Shown here: in pieces, positions 13,689 through 27,989 of the stretch
Position numbering within the stretch: the stretch's first letter is position 1
How the letters are laid out: each line of letters begins with the position of its first letter
NCBI GenBank assembly: GCA_002104945.1
Contig: MCFH01000014.1
Location: 496,001 to 560,000, forward strand
Source of the DNA: Piromyces finnis finn
Lineage: Eukaryota > Fungi > Neocallimastigomycota
Length of the DNA: 64,000 nt
Direction: 5' to 3'
Position numbers and translations under genes: made by a program
Notes under the pieces: model-generated
Databases searched by the model: none
What the model saw: only the letters and a program-made list of their open reading frames with translations
Told to the model about the DNA's origin: nothing

Positions 13689-14598
13689 ATTCATGAAATA
13701 ATAATGAAGATATATTTATTTATGTTAATTATTTTGTTATTTTCTAATAAAAATAGCAACAATTGATGCCGCTAGAAATGCTATGAATATGTCAGGAACT
13801 TTCTTCAGAGATAAAATTATCAAGTAAGTATTTTATACTTATTTGTTGAAAGTGATAAAAGATTTATTTTTATTAAATTAAAATATTTTATTTAATATAG
13901 GGTTAATCATTCAAATAATGTTATTAATAAGGGCATTAAGAAAAATGAATCTCAAGAAATGGTCGAAGCTTTAAAGGGTCTTAAAGAAGCTGAAATGCTT
14001 ATTAATAGAAAATATTCTGAAGTTCCAGTTAGTACTACTAATGATCAATTAAAGATTGTTGGTTCTTCTGCTAATCCTGATGTTAAAGATGAAGGAAAAC
14101 TTATTCCAGATATGGCTAAGGAATTAGATAAACCTGGCCGTTCCAGATCTAGATCCAGAACAAAGTCTCGTGAACGTTCTCGTCGTATGAGATCTAGAAC
14201 TAGATCAAGATCAAGATCTGATTATTATAGATATGCTCACAGAAGAGATAGAGACCGTGAAAGAGATAGAGATAGAGAAAGAGAACGTGAAAGAGACAGA
14301 GAAAGAGAACGTCGTCATAAGGAACGTTATGAAAGAGAATTAGAAAGAGAACATGAAATGATGAGAGAAAGAGAAAGAGAAAGAGGTATTTTTTTTTTTT
14401 TTTTTTTTTAATAAAGAGAAACTTTTTTTTTTTATATTATTATAAATGCCATAACTAATAATAAATTTATTATAAAATTCTTTGTTTAAAACTTACTTTT
14501 AATAATTAATAGAAAGAAGACGTAGAGAATCACGTTCAAGGTCTTCATCCCGTAGAAAAAGATACAGTGATAGAGAAAGAGATCATTATAGAAGATAA
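12336..14598 (+). CDS. SR-related splicing factor with two RRMs and an RS/RE-rich tail (SREK1/SRSF11-like)
   Basis: Exon 1 (12336-12362, MFNNENTIK) joins 12974 to give ATNISTFASESMIHQIFEYLGKIKSLKLYP. RRM2 reads RTVYVGNLNTSITEKELIDFFSVCGPISYAKMAGDVSHPSRFAFLEF..VNHSNNVI, followed by an RSRSRSR/RERERD tail. The stop is at 14596-14598. Confidence 0.85.
13650..13687. repeat. A38 homopolymer in an SR-gene intron
   Basis: Direct count from the sequence. Confidence 0.9.
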
Positions 14599-15100
14599 AT
14601 CTATTCATAAAAAAATCAGATGCACACATTTTTTATTGTTTTATTTTTCTTATTTTTAATTTAAAACACCATTATTTTTTATTTCATGTTTTTTTATTTT
14701 TATTTTTTCATTATATATATATATATATATAACCTTTTAATATATAATATTATTTGTAAAACACAATCTTATCAATTTTCAATTTATAATTTATTTACAT
14801 AAAAAAGGGTCAAAGCCAAGTAATTTATTAATTAAAATAGTAATAATAAAATTAAAAAAAAAAAAAAAAAAATAGCAATTATCATAAATATAATCTATAT
14901 AGTTACTACTTTAATTGTTCCATTCATTTCTTCCTCCTGTTTATGCGTTTAAAGATATTAAAATGATTTTTATAATGATATTATATATTTTTAATTTTTT
15001 ATTTTATTTTTGTATTTATTTGGTAAAGGTTTTTTTTTTTTTATTTTAATATTTCTAAAGATATAAAAGTAAAAAATTATTTATTTATATAAAAATAGTG

Positions 15101-15106
<6 letters not shown>

Positions 15107-15149
<43 letters not shown>
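15107..15149. repeat. A43 homopolymer between the convergent SR and YTM1 genes
   Basis: Direct count from the sequence. Confidence 0.9.
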
Positions 15150-15151
<2 letters not shown>

Positions 15152-15279
15152 AATATATTTCTATTTTTAATAATATTTTTTTTTTTTTTTTTTTAAGAGT
15201 ATATATATTAACGAATGAATTTAAAAATAAATAAAATAAAATAAAAAACTATAAAGTAGATTACTTTTTTTTAAATAAA

Positions 15280-17472
15280 TTATTGAGAATTTGTGGAATC
15301 AATTCCTGAAGTAGAATGTAATCTTAAAATAGTATCAGAACCACCAGTAGCAACTAAATCATTAACCCAATCAACACATAAAACTTTATCATCTAATTCA
15401 TTACCACCTTTTATAGTATATAATGGTGATGAAGAAGAACGTATATCCCAGAATTTTACTGATGAGTCATAAGAACCGCTAACTAACATATATGGACTTT
15501 TTGGTGACCATTTTACAGAAGAAACCCATTTATTATGAGAAGTTAAACGTAACTTTACTGAAGAACCTTCTTTAATTCTAGAATCCCATATTCTTATAAA
15601 TTTATCGGAGTGACCAGTAGCAAGAAGATTATTTTGAGCTGAAAAATCAATTGAATTAATAACTTTTTCACAATTCTAATAAAAAAAAAAGTTGATTGTA
15701 TTAAAAAAAAAAAAAAGAATTATACCATTAATTTACATATTTAGAATGAATTTTTTTTATATAAAATAAAAATTTAATATAATTTTAAATATATATCATT
15801 TTTGTAAAAAAAAAAAAAAAAAAAATCAAATTACCAAAGTAAAAGTATTTGATCTAGCTTCAATATTCCAGAAACGAAGAGAATGATCGTTACCACCACT
15901 GTATAAAGTATAATTATTCTTGTCAAATACAACACAATTAACTCCATTAGTGTGTCCCTTTAAAGTAGCCATAGAATTTTTAATCTTTATATCTGAAGAT
16001 AACTTTCTCTTTTTTTGCTTATTTTCAACTTCATCATTTTCTTCTTCTTCTTCCATATCTAAAGTTGAATTCATACCCCAAATTTTGATGTTTGAATCAA
16101 AAGATGCAGTAGCAAACTTTTTTTATATTTTTATAGATATTATTTATTTTTAAATTAATATTTCTGTAAAGTTTTTTTTTTTTTTTTGAACTAATAAAGT
16201 TTTAATATCCATACTTACATAATCATTTGTTTTAGTAATAGCAATATCTTCGATAGTTCCTTCATGTCCCTTACATTCAAAAACTGGTGTACTGTTACCA
16301 CTATTTTCATTAAACTAACAAAATATTAATAATTTTTATAATATTAGCATTACTTTTATTATTCCACTTTTTATACAAATTATATATTATTACTGTTTTC
16401 ATACCTCCCAAATTCTAACGGTATTATCATTTGAACCGGTTAAACAATAAGTAGCATCTTCTAATTTATTTTAAGTATATCATAAATTTATTATTTTTTT
16501 TTTTTTAGGTAAAACCAATTTTATCGATATTAATAAAAATATTATATTTTGAATTTAAAAATATTTTTATTTAAAAAATTTTGTTATTTCTAATATTTAT
16601 ATAATAATTACTCTTTTCAATCCATGAAACGGTTTTGATAGGAGCAGTATGACCTAAAAGATTTGAAATACAATTTCCTGACATATCCCATATTCTTGCA
16701 ACCTTATCGTATGAACCAGTTAAAATTAAATTTCTATAATATAAAAAGTTTTAATTAATATTTTTATGATAATTATAATATATTAAAGCAATAGAGAAAG
16801 CAATTTTAATAAAATTTACTTGTGTTGGCTAATTGAAACTGAACTAATCCAATCATCATGTTGATAAGATGGTAATGATTGTGGTGGTTGCATAGCTTCA
16901 ATATATTCAATTAATAATTGATTTTCCTGTTTTTATTTATTTTTTTGATTTCAATTAATTTTCATTATTAATAATTTATATTGATTACATTGATATAAAT
17001 ATATATAACAATAACTATTAAAATCATAATACTTACAGATGATAAATTATTATCATCTAAATATTTCTTTAAACTACCCTTAAGGAATTTACCATCAATT
17101 AAAAATTCAAATTTAACAGGTGTATCTTTAGAAAAAAAAAATACATATTTTATAATAATATAATGTATTAGTTATAAACATTAAATATTGATTTTGCAAA
17201 ATATATTTCATTTTATAATTTTATCTTTTTTTTTTTCTTTCATTTAATGTATATTTAAATTTGTAATTTAATATTTAGTTTATTTGAAGAAATTATTAAA
17301 ATTTTATTTTATATTAACCTAAATCCAAAATTTGATTAATAATTTGAGATAAAGAAGACTTTTTAAATTGAATTGGTATCATAATTGGTGTATCAGCAAT
17401 AGCATATTTGCTTTGTTGAGTAGTGAAACGAACTTGGACCTTTGGTCCTTCATTGGATTTTGAATCTTCCAT
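15280..17472 (-). CDS. YTM1: Ribosome biogenesis WD40 protein Ytm1/WDR12 (NLE domain + WD repeats)
   Basis: N-terminus MEDSK..KVQVRFTTQQSKYAIADTPIMIP.., then TPVKFEFLIDGKFLKGSL..YL. WD repeats include SLPSYQHDDWISSVS, LILTGSYDKVARIWD, SHNKWVSSVKWSPKSPYMLVSGSYDSSVKFWDIRS and ATGGSD. Confidence 0.92.
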
Positions 17473-18671
17473 ATTATATATTTATATATTTATAGTATTA
17501 AAATTTTTTGATTTTTTAAAGTTTTTAATATATTCGTGAAAAAGACTTTTAAGATATATTTTATTCTTTTGTTTAGTTAAATATATATATTAAATAACAA
17601 TAGTAATAAAATCCAAAGTTATTCTTTTTTTAATATATATATCTATTTATCTATCTTATTTTTTTTTAAAATAATAATAAAATTAAAAAAAGAAAAAAAA
17701 ATTAAAAAAAAAAGGAAAAAGAAAAATTTCAAATTTTTTAGCCAATAAGTTTCTTTTATTTCCATTTATATAAATTATATAGAAACTATAAAAAAAATTA
17801 TTATAAATTTTAAAAAATAATTTAAAGGTTTTATGTGTGGTATGTTATTAATAATAAGTAATATTTTTTTTTTTTTTTTTTTTTGAATCGAATCGTTGTA
17901 AAGTAAATATTATTTATAGATAATAATTCCTATAATCCTTATTTTATATAAATTAATAAAAATAATAAAAAGTATATCTAGAAAGCTTTCCTTCAAAAAA
18001 ATAATAAATTAATAAAATAATTTGACTTTTTATAATTAAAATTTCATGTCAAAGTATTGTAGATACGTTAATTTACATTTTTAATTTACTTTTATTTGAT
18101 TGGTTAAATTCAATATATATTTTATAATTTTTGTTTTCTATTTTAAAAAATATAAAACCTCTTTTTTGACATTTATTTCATGATGATGGTGATGTTTAAA
18201 AAAAAAAAGTTTATCATTGTGTTATTTATTTATTTTTATTTTTATTTTATATCATCAGTTTTTATTATTTATTTTTTTTACTCAATTATCTTTCATATTT
18301 ATAAATTGGAAATATATTTATATTCTATTAATTTTTATTTTAATTTTATTTAATTTTAAATTCATTACTTCCTATATTTTTAAAGCTATTTTTTTTTTTT
18401 TTTTTTTTTTTTATTTTATTTATAATAGTAATTTTAAAAATGCATTATAAACTAGAATCGGTTATAATATAGAAATATAAGATAAAAATAAAATTAGAAT
18501 AAAAAAAAAAAGAAAGATAATTATAAATAAAAATTTGCTTTTTTATTGAAAAATCAAGTATATAGAGTTAACAATATTACTTTAATAATATGAAAAAATA
18601 TTTATATATTTTATGTTTATATAAGAAAGAAATGATACATTTTTTTTTTTTTTTTTACTTTTTTAATTTTT

Positions 18672-18708
<37 letters not shown>

Positions 18709-18718
18709 ATAATCAAGC

Positions 18719-21700
18719 TTATTTCATTTGTTGTCTTTCAAGTTCTTCAACCTAAATAAATTAATTTAAAAAACATTATAAAATATTTAATACTACTATA
18801 ATTAGGAAAAAAAAAAAAAAAAAAAACTTTAAAAAATAAAACTTACGGTAATGTATTGAGCTGGGCTATATCCAATATTTTCTAAAATTTTAAAAACAAT
18901 CATGTTAATATTACATGAATTTAATATGAATTTTAAAATATTTTATTAAAATTACCTGATAACATCATGGATACTGGTATATTTCTTCTGTTCATAAGAT
19001 TTTCCATTAACATTTGTTGTTGAGGTTGTTGAGGGGCCATATTTGACATCATACCTGGGTATATTCCTTGATGAAGTGAAAATGACTGTTGCTCATTTTG
19101 AAATTGTGGTGGAAATTGAAGTTGTGGTGGTAAATTTTGATTAAATTGCATAAACATGTTTGGATTTGGTTGTGGTGAATTCTCCATAAAGTTTTGACCT
19201 TGTGGCATCATTGGAATTGGTGGTCTTTGTTGTAAAAATTGTTGTGGTAACATTTCTTCTTTATTTATTGAAAATTGATCATACATATTGTTTCCTAATC
19301 CCATCATAGGTAATTGATTCATAATATTTGGTCCTTGATTAAATGGTAAGTTATTTAAATTCATATTCATGTTATTATTTAAATTGTTCATTTCCATAAT
19401 AGGTGTTTGATTTTCTATTATAAAAGTAAATAAATAAATAATAATAAAACAAGAGATTTAAGATATTTCATCAATTTAGTTAATTTATTTTCTTATTTTT
19501 TTTTATATTAAATATAATAATGCTGTATTGGTATTTACTCATTGCTTGACTTTTAACATTATTTGACTTGGATGGTTCAATTTCATCCAATTCATCTTCA
19601 TGGGAATCATTTTTACTTTCATTTAAAATGTTACCTCCTAATTTAGAATCGATAGTATGTTGTACAAGATTCTGAAGAATTTGAACTGAAGATTGGTTTT
19701 TGCTAGAAATTGAATTCTTTTTTGGTCTTGATTGAGTTTCTGATTTATTAATTACTTCAGATTGTTTTCTTGATTCATTATTCTTTGTTAATTGTGAAGT
19801 TTGTTGAACTTCGTTCAATTTATCTTTATCTAATGAATCAATAGATGATTTTGAGTATATTGGTTTGGTTTTTGGACTTTGAATTGTTTCATTTTGCTTA
19901 TTTGAGTCATTTGTAGCTAATTTGGCGTTCTTTTTTTTTTTTTTAAAAAGCATAAATAAAAATGACAAAAATTAATTATTTAATAATTATTATATTATGT
20001 ATTTTTAAATAAAATTGATTATATAATTATAGGATAATATATGAAGATATATAATTTTACCATGGATTTAGCTAGTAAGTCCATAACACGATTCATAGAT
20101 TCTTTATCTTGTTCAACATCCTTTGCTGTCTTTTCGTTGTCTTCAGACTCTGTCTTTGTAATTCCCATTGATTTCAATATATCTTCTTCAGAATAGATTT
20201 TCTTTTCAGCTGGAAGAGGTAATGGGTTTCCAATATTAATTGGAAATTGATTAAATGGTGGCATTTGATTATTGAAATTAATTGGTGAAATGTTTTGTGG
20301 AATTGGTTGTTGGGATAAACTATCAGCTATTGGAAGTTCACCTGATTGATGTAATAGGGTTGGTGATGATATTTGTTGAGATAATGATGGTATAGGTAAT
20401 GGTGGGGTTGGCTTAACAATCTTTTCTGGTGGAATAGCATATTTTGAAATGAAGGAATCAATAATTGAGCTTTCTTCGTTATTAGAAGAAGATTGATTAT
20501 TTGGTAAATTACTAATGTTATTTTCTGGTATTCCAGTGTAATTAATAGATTGTTGTTGTAAATTTGGTGGTGGTAAATTAGGTGGTAAGTTTGGTGGTGG
20601 TGGTAAGTTAGGTGGAAGATTTGGTGGTGGAGGAAGATTTGGTGGTAAATTAACTGGTGAACTATTTTGTTGCATTGGTGAATTTATTGCATTATTTAAT
20701 AGTGAATTTGGATTATCTAATAAAGAAGCTGATACCATTTGATTTTGCATAGTTTGAAATTCAAAGTTTGACATATGTGGTGGTGTTGAAGCATCATTAT
20801 TTCCTTCTGTAACACTATCATTTGAACTAGAGAAGAAACGACTGAATTTCGAACCGCTAACTGCACTATCAGCTGACTTTTTAGCTTCTTGATTATCTAA
20901 TGGATAACCATTTTTATTTGTAAATATTGAAGGCAATTGCTCAGAATTCTTATTTTCAACAGCATTAGTAAAGAATTGATCAACTGTATTGAATATTTTA
21001 CCAGAATTATCGATATCAAAGAATTCTTTTTTGTTTTGTAATTCAGTTCTAAATCTCATGCTATTTTCAGTTTCATTATTAATTTTTTCGCCTTCATCTA
21101 TCATAGTATTATCTGAATTGTTTCTTATATCTTCATCAAAGAAGGATTCTTTTTCATTATATGGTGAAGTCTTTGATAATTGAGATACAGCTTGTCTATT
21201 ATTCATTTTTGCTTTAAATATTTGGAAATCATCAACTTTTTTCTTATCTTTAGAAGAACCCAACTTAGCATCATCTAAAGGAGAATAATTCATCCATTCA
21301 GGAATTTCATCATGCTTTTTATTATAATGATAATCCATTTTACTAACTGGTGCAGATACAAGACCTGGTGATTTAAATGAATATCTGCTATTTTTATTGT
21401 TTGATGAATAATCACCTTTTAAATAAAAATAATTAATACCTATAATTCAAGAATTATAACATATATAAATTTTAGATAAATATATGGAATAAATATTATT
21501 TACCATCTTCTCTTTTATTTTGTGTTCTATCTCTTGTCTCACCATTTGGCATTCTTAAAGAGTATTTATCTTTATCAAATTTCATCATACGATCTCTATT
21601 TCTTTTATGATCATCTATATTATTATATTTGTCTTGTTGATATTGGTTTCTTTTTCTTTCTCCATTAATTGAGCTATTAGAATGTTGTTGAATAGATTCA

Positions 21701-22239
21701 TCATCATTATCTTTTTGATGATTATATTTCCAATTTTTGTCATTACTTCCTTTATTTTCGAAATTTTGATAATTATGCCCATGCATTTGGCCATTTGTAG
21801 GACTAACAAGATTACCATGTTCAAAACTATCACTTCTATCACGCATATTTCTTTGATAACGATTTCTGTACATATTTTTGGAGCGATCATCAGAATTCTT
21901 TAGAATATTGAATATTATTAGCAAAATCAATAGTTAATAAAGATTGATAAATTTATATATACCTGTTTAACTATTCTTCTTGATGATATTCCATATCTTG
22001 ATTGTTCATCATCATACTTTGTCTTGATAGCCTGTTTTGATGAAGCAAAACTAATTTTTGGTGGACCTAAGACAATACTGCTTCTATCTATTTATTATTA
22101 ATAGAAATAGCAACAACAACAAAAAAGTTATATAATATTTAATATTAAGAATTAGAAATTTTAAATGACTTTAATGTAAGTATATTTTACCATTCATGGA
22201 TGGTGATGGCAACATATCTCCGTTTGAGCCATCTTTTAA

Positions 22240-22274
<35 letters not shown>

Positions 22275-22577
22275 AAAAATAAATAAAAAAATAAATAAAA
22301 AAATAAATAAAAATATATAAAATTATTTTTTTAAATTCTATTTTCATTATATACCATTTCGATACATTTTTTTCCTTTTATCTGTATAAATTTCGCTGAA
22401 TATATATATTATTAAATAAATATAAATATTTTAAAGATAACAGTATATATTATTATAATAAACATACATAAATGAAGTATCTAATTCTTCAGGTTCCTTA
22501 ACCAAGGGACTATTCTTAAGAGCAATTATGAATGCACGATCATATCTTATTACGTTATTTAATTGATTTATTTCCAT
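18719..22577 (-). CDS. eIF4E-binding protein, 4E-T/EIF4ENIF1-like (multi-exon, largely low-complexity)
   Basis: The first exon reads MEINQLNNVIRYDRAFIIALKNSPLVKEP (YXXXXL-phi-type motif). Internal motifs are LGPPKISFASS, IPEWM, DDFQIFKAKM, SKFSRFF and IYSEEDIL. Two short terminal exons give YITVEELERQQMK* (stop 18721-18719). The first four and last two exon junctions were checked and are in frame. Confidence 0.7.
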
Positions 22578-23613
22578 TTTTTTTTTAATTTATTACTACT
22601 AATTTATTATTGTGATGATTTTTATAATTATGCCTCTCTTTCTTTTTATTTTTATTATTATTATAATTTATTATTTATTTATTTATTTAATGAAAAAAAT
22701 AAATATGAAATAATAAAAAAAGGTAGTATAAAATTTAATTTTATTGAATATTATTTTTACTTTACTATTTATATGTATTTATTATTGCTAATAATAAGCG
22801 TTGTTTATTTTATTTTCTTAATAATAAAATAATTCTTTCGCTTTTAAAACAATAAATAATACTGTTTTTATTATATTTTATTTTATTTTTGATATTTATT
22901 TATGAAATTATTTTTAATCTTTTCTAAATAATATAACATAAATAAAAATAAATATTTTATTAATAAGAATATAAAAATTATTGGTTTTAATTTTATAATT
23001 TTATCAATTTAAAATAGATAAGCAATTACCTTTTTTTTTTATTTGCAGTTAACCTATACAAAAACTATTTGTTGACAATAATTTTATGAAGTAAATATAT
23101 TTAAAAAAATTTTTTTTTAGTACTTTTATTGAAATATTGAAATGTTATATTTATTTAAATACAAATATTAAATTTCATTTTTATATTTAATAGATTTTAT
23201 TTTTATTTTTATTTTTTTATTATTTTTAAATACAACTCCAGATTATATATTTAATTTAGTTGCATAAATATGAAAAAATCCTACTAATTGTTTGTTTGAA
23301 TTTGACATTCTTATTTGATTGATTTAAAATGAAAGTTTATGCATATTTTTTCTCATTTGCTTAATATTCATTTAATATTATTTTATGTTTATTTTAGAAA
23401 TTCATTTACTCATTCTAAATCTTGTTTTTATTTTTATATTTACTTGCTTGTTGCTTATTACTTTTAAATTAATGATAGATTTTTATTTTTATAAATAAAC
23501 TTTATATTTTAGATTAATGTATTACTTTGTTACAGCAATAGAATATGCTATATTGTAAAATTGGATTTTAATTATTGGTTTTTTTAAAGAGAAAAAAAGA
23601 TATAAATAAATAA

Positions 23614-23649
<36 letters not shown>

Positions 23650-24259
23650 GATTTAAAATATTTTAAAACAAAAGAGAAACAATATCAGAGAATAGAATAA
23701 ACTAATTTTATTATTAAATATTTTTATTAAAAATTTTTATTAATTATTTCATCAATATTTAATTAATTATAATTGTAAATCCATATTTTTTATATAGAAA
23801 AAAAGATATTAATTAAATTTGAAATTAATATTAACAAATATATTTTAATAAATTATTATTACTATATTTAAATTTATTTATTTAACTATTAATATATATT
23901 TATTCACATAAATCTATTTATTTTTACATAAATCTATAAATTTATGTACTAATATTATTAATTTATTTTTATGATTTATTTGATCAAGTCTATAGTATAG
24001 AAAAATACAAGCTCAACAAACAAAAATCATATTAAAAACATTATAAGATTATTTGTAAATAGTAAGTTTATTACTTATTTGATAGATTTATAGATTTATT
24101 AACAATGAATAATAATTATAAATAATTTATTAATTTTTTTTTTCTAACTAAATGTCAAATAATATTAACATTTTTTTTGCCGTTATTATGAATAGAAATA
24201 TATTATAGTATTTAATATTCTACTATAAATAATTGCTTTTACAGAGTAATCCCAAAAAC

Positions 24260-27200
24260 TTAATTAAACTTTTGTGGGAACATAGCATCAATAATATATG
24301 ATGCAGTTATTTGCTTTCCAGCAAAGAATCTTCCATTCAATGCATTTATTGCTGCTTGAGCTGATGATATATCTGCATATTTTATATAAACATTTCCCTT
24401 TAAACAATAATTTTTATATATTATTTATATTATTAATACCTTATTCAATTCAATGTATTATAAAAACAAACATACATGCGAACATAACATTGTAATATTT
24501 ACCTTACTATTTTTATTAACGACAATACTTAATATTTTTCCATATTTTGAACATTCTCCTCCTACTTCTTCTTCTATTTCATTTTCCCAACCTGGTTCAG
24601 TTTCCCTAATTATTTAAATTTGTTTATCATTAATAAACTAATAAATAATACAGCGAATTATTTTAATTTATAATATTTTATATACGTACTCATCTGGATT
24701 AAACATATTTGTTAATAAAATATTGGTTGTTATTGTTGGATTTTGAACTTTTCTATTAAATATTATTATTAAATAAAGTATTAAAATCTGTTAAATTAAA
24801 TATTAAATTTCTTCCTTAATTAATATAATGAAAAATTACACAAATGGTTGAACAACTGTTGGAAATTGCATTTCATCATCCCTTGAAAGTTTTTGCATTA
24901 AATCAGCTCTTTTGTATGAGTTCATAGAAAATCCAACGGTATCTATGAAAAACGAATTAATTACCATTTATAATTAATTATTTTTAAATTAAAAATATTA
25001 AAATTTTTGTTTAAATTTATTATGAAGCGTACCACCATCATCCATATTAAGATCTATGTTATTACTTGCTTTATCTGAAACCAAACCAACTTTTATCTAT
25101 TAATAATACAAATTAATTATCATTATCAACATTATTATTAAAAATTTAAATATCTTATTATACTATTAATTAAATACTTACAATTCTTCCTGCAAGTTCA
25201 TATCCATTCATTACTTCTAAAGCTTTTCTGGCGTCTTCTGCACGTTTGTATCTAAAAGAAAATATTTTTTTTACAAATAAATTTAATTATTTATCATTAA
25301 ATATTAAATTGAAAAATAAAATGAAAAATTCTAATTGCTTATTAATATTATTAATATTATTAATATTTACTGTATAAAGGCATATCCACATGATCTTCCA
25401 GTTTCTTGGTTAATGTGGAGTTTTACAAAATCTAGTTCCCCAAAGTTTTTGAATAATATCTTAAGATCTTCTTCAGTAATTTTAAAGTTTATTGAACCAA
25501 CATATAAACGTTTATATGATGTTTCCGATTCGTTTTGATCCTTGGTATTACTTTATAAATGAAAAAATGAAAAAAAAAATGAATAGTTTATTATTTATTT
25601 TATTTACCAAATTTATTAGTTTAATAACTTTTATTAGCATATTTTTTTTTTACCTGTATGGATTTATTTTTGAACGGTTATTATTAATAAAAGCAGCATT
25701 TGGATTTGAATTTACATTTTTTTCTGATTCAGTTCTTTGGACGATAATCGGTATACCAAGAAGAAGTTCATTGGATAATGTTAAAGCTTTTTCTACAGAT
25801 TCTTCATTTTCAAATTCAACATATCCAACACTTAATATTATAACCAAATTAATTAGTTTATTATACCAAGTAAATGATAATATTAAACAAAATAAATAAT
25901 ATTATTAATAAATTACCCTTTTGAACGTCTTGAATTTCTATCGGCAATGATTTTTACATCGGAGACTTTTCCTACTTTTGAAAAGAATTCTCTAAGTTCA
26001 CTATTTCTTAACTTTGCAGAAAGTTGCATTACAAAAACTGTACGACGATCTCTATCTGCTTCAGATATTTCGGCGTTATCAATTCTTTTTTGGTAACAAA
26101 AAATAAAAACAAAAATAAAAAAAAATAATATATTTTAATATTTTCATTTAATGTTTTTATATAATTCAATTCATTTTATAAATTAAACTTTTAATAATTT
26201 TATTGCAAAAGTAATAATTTTCCTTTAAATTCATTTTATAAATGAAATTTATTTGAGAATATTATTTTAAATAATATAATATATATATTAATTTAATTTA
26301 AATTTTAAATTTTATTTTCAGTAATTTACCTTTCTACTGAAGTATTACGGGGACTACGACTGCGAGTGCGACTACGACTATGACTACGACTGCGACTTCT
26401 TCTTCTTCTTGAGATTGAACGACTTCTTCTCTCTGATCTATATGAATGTGAACGTGAACTATGACGATCATATGAGCGACTTCTTCTTCTACTACTTCTA
26501 TGTCTATGATGAGAATGTCTGTGTGATGATCTTGAACTATGTCTACTTTTATGAGATCTTGAATGATGTCTTTTTTTTTTTTTTTTTTTTTTTTATTTTC
26601 ATTTATAAATAAATATGTAATTTTGGATTAACATTTTTTTTTTTAAAAAATTTATAATTTAAATAAATAATTATTATATATATTTTATAATAAAACCGAA
26701 AATAAAAACAACAATAATAAAGATTATATTATGAAATTAAAATATTTTTAAAATTAGTTACATAATTTATTTCACAATCATAAATATAAATGTAATTAAT
26801 ATTTTCTTATATGAAATATATCATCTAAAGTGTGTAATATTAATTTTTTATATTAATTAATAATATATTTAATTGTATTCTTTAAATGGATTATATTATA
26901 ATTATTTTGATTTTACTATTTTCTATTTTATTTTCATTTTACCTTTTCCTCTCTTTTTCGTCTCTTTCGTCTCTTTCTTCTCTTTCCTCTTTTTCTTCTT
27001 TTTCTTCAATTCCATTTTCTTCTTCTTGTTGTTTTTGATCCTTATTTTCTTTTATTTCTTGTTGATCTACTGATATTTCATCTTCTGGTTTTTTATTTTT
27101 TTCTGAATCAATTATTTTTGAAGTTTCTTTTTCTATTGGATTAAATATCTATATTAATTAAAATTATTAAATAAATGATTTAATATTAGTAAACGACACG

Positions 27201-27289
27201 ACCATATCTTAATAATAAGTATAAATAGTGTATACCATTTCATTTTTATATGGCGCTTCTAACAAAGCTTCTACATCTAAATCTGACAT
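24260..27289 (-). CDS. RBM39: Splicing factor RBM39/CAPER (RS domain, two RRMs, UHM)
   Basis: Starts [17 protein letters not shown]/His-rich exon, RRM1 ([46 protein letters not shown]), RRM2 ([25 protein letters not shown]), and a UHM ([28 protein letters not shown]). Ends MFPQKFN*. Confidence 0.92.
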
Positions 27290-27989
27290 TTTTATATTAG
27301 TACTGTTAAAAAATAATTTTTTTTTAAAATAAAAATTAATATATTGTAACTTAGAAATTTAGAATTTGACAGAAAATTTATTAATTTTTTTTTAATATAT
27401 AAATAAATATTTAAATAAATAGATAGATAAATAAATTAATAATTAAATAAATAGAAAAAAATTGTATATTTTATAATAATAGTACAGAAAAAGATAAAAG
27501 AAGAGTAAAATAAAGTATATTTTAAATTTATGGAAACAATTTTTAGCTCTTAATAAAATAATCTTCTTATAGTAGAAATCTTTATATATATGCAATATTA
27601 TGTTGTATATACAAATATATATAAGTTATATAAATTTTATGGTTAATTTTAAAATTAAGAAAATAGCTATAGATTAAATAAATAAGTAGCTATATATTAA
27701 GATTTAGTATGTTTCATCCAAGATTTATATATAATAAAAATTTCTAAGCAAAATTAATTAATAATTTATATATATTTAAATTCTTTTATTAAAAATAATA
27801 GTAAAAAATAGTAAAAATAATATAATAAAATAAAAGTATTATTAATAAACGATTATGATTATATAATATTCCTTTTTAAAATTAAAGTTTTATAAAAGAA
27901 TATTAATATAAATAGTTACTTATATAAATATTATTAAATTCAATTAATATATTATACTATTAATTAATATATTTCTATATTTAACGAAA

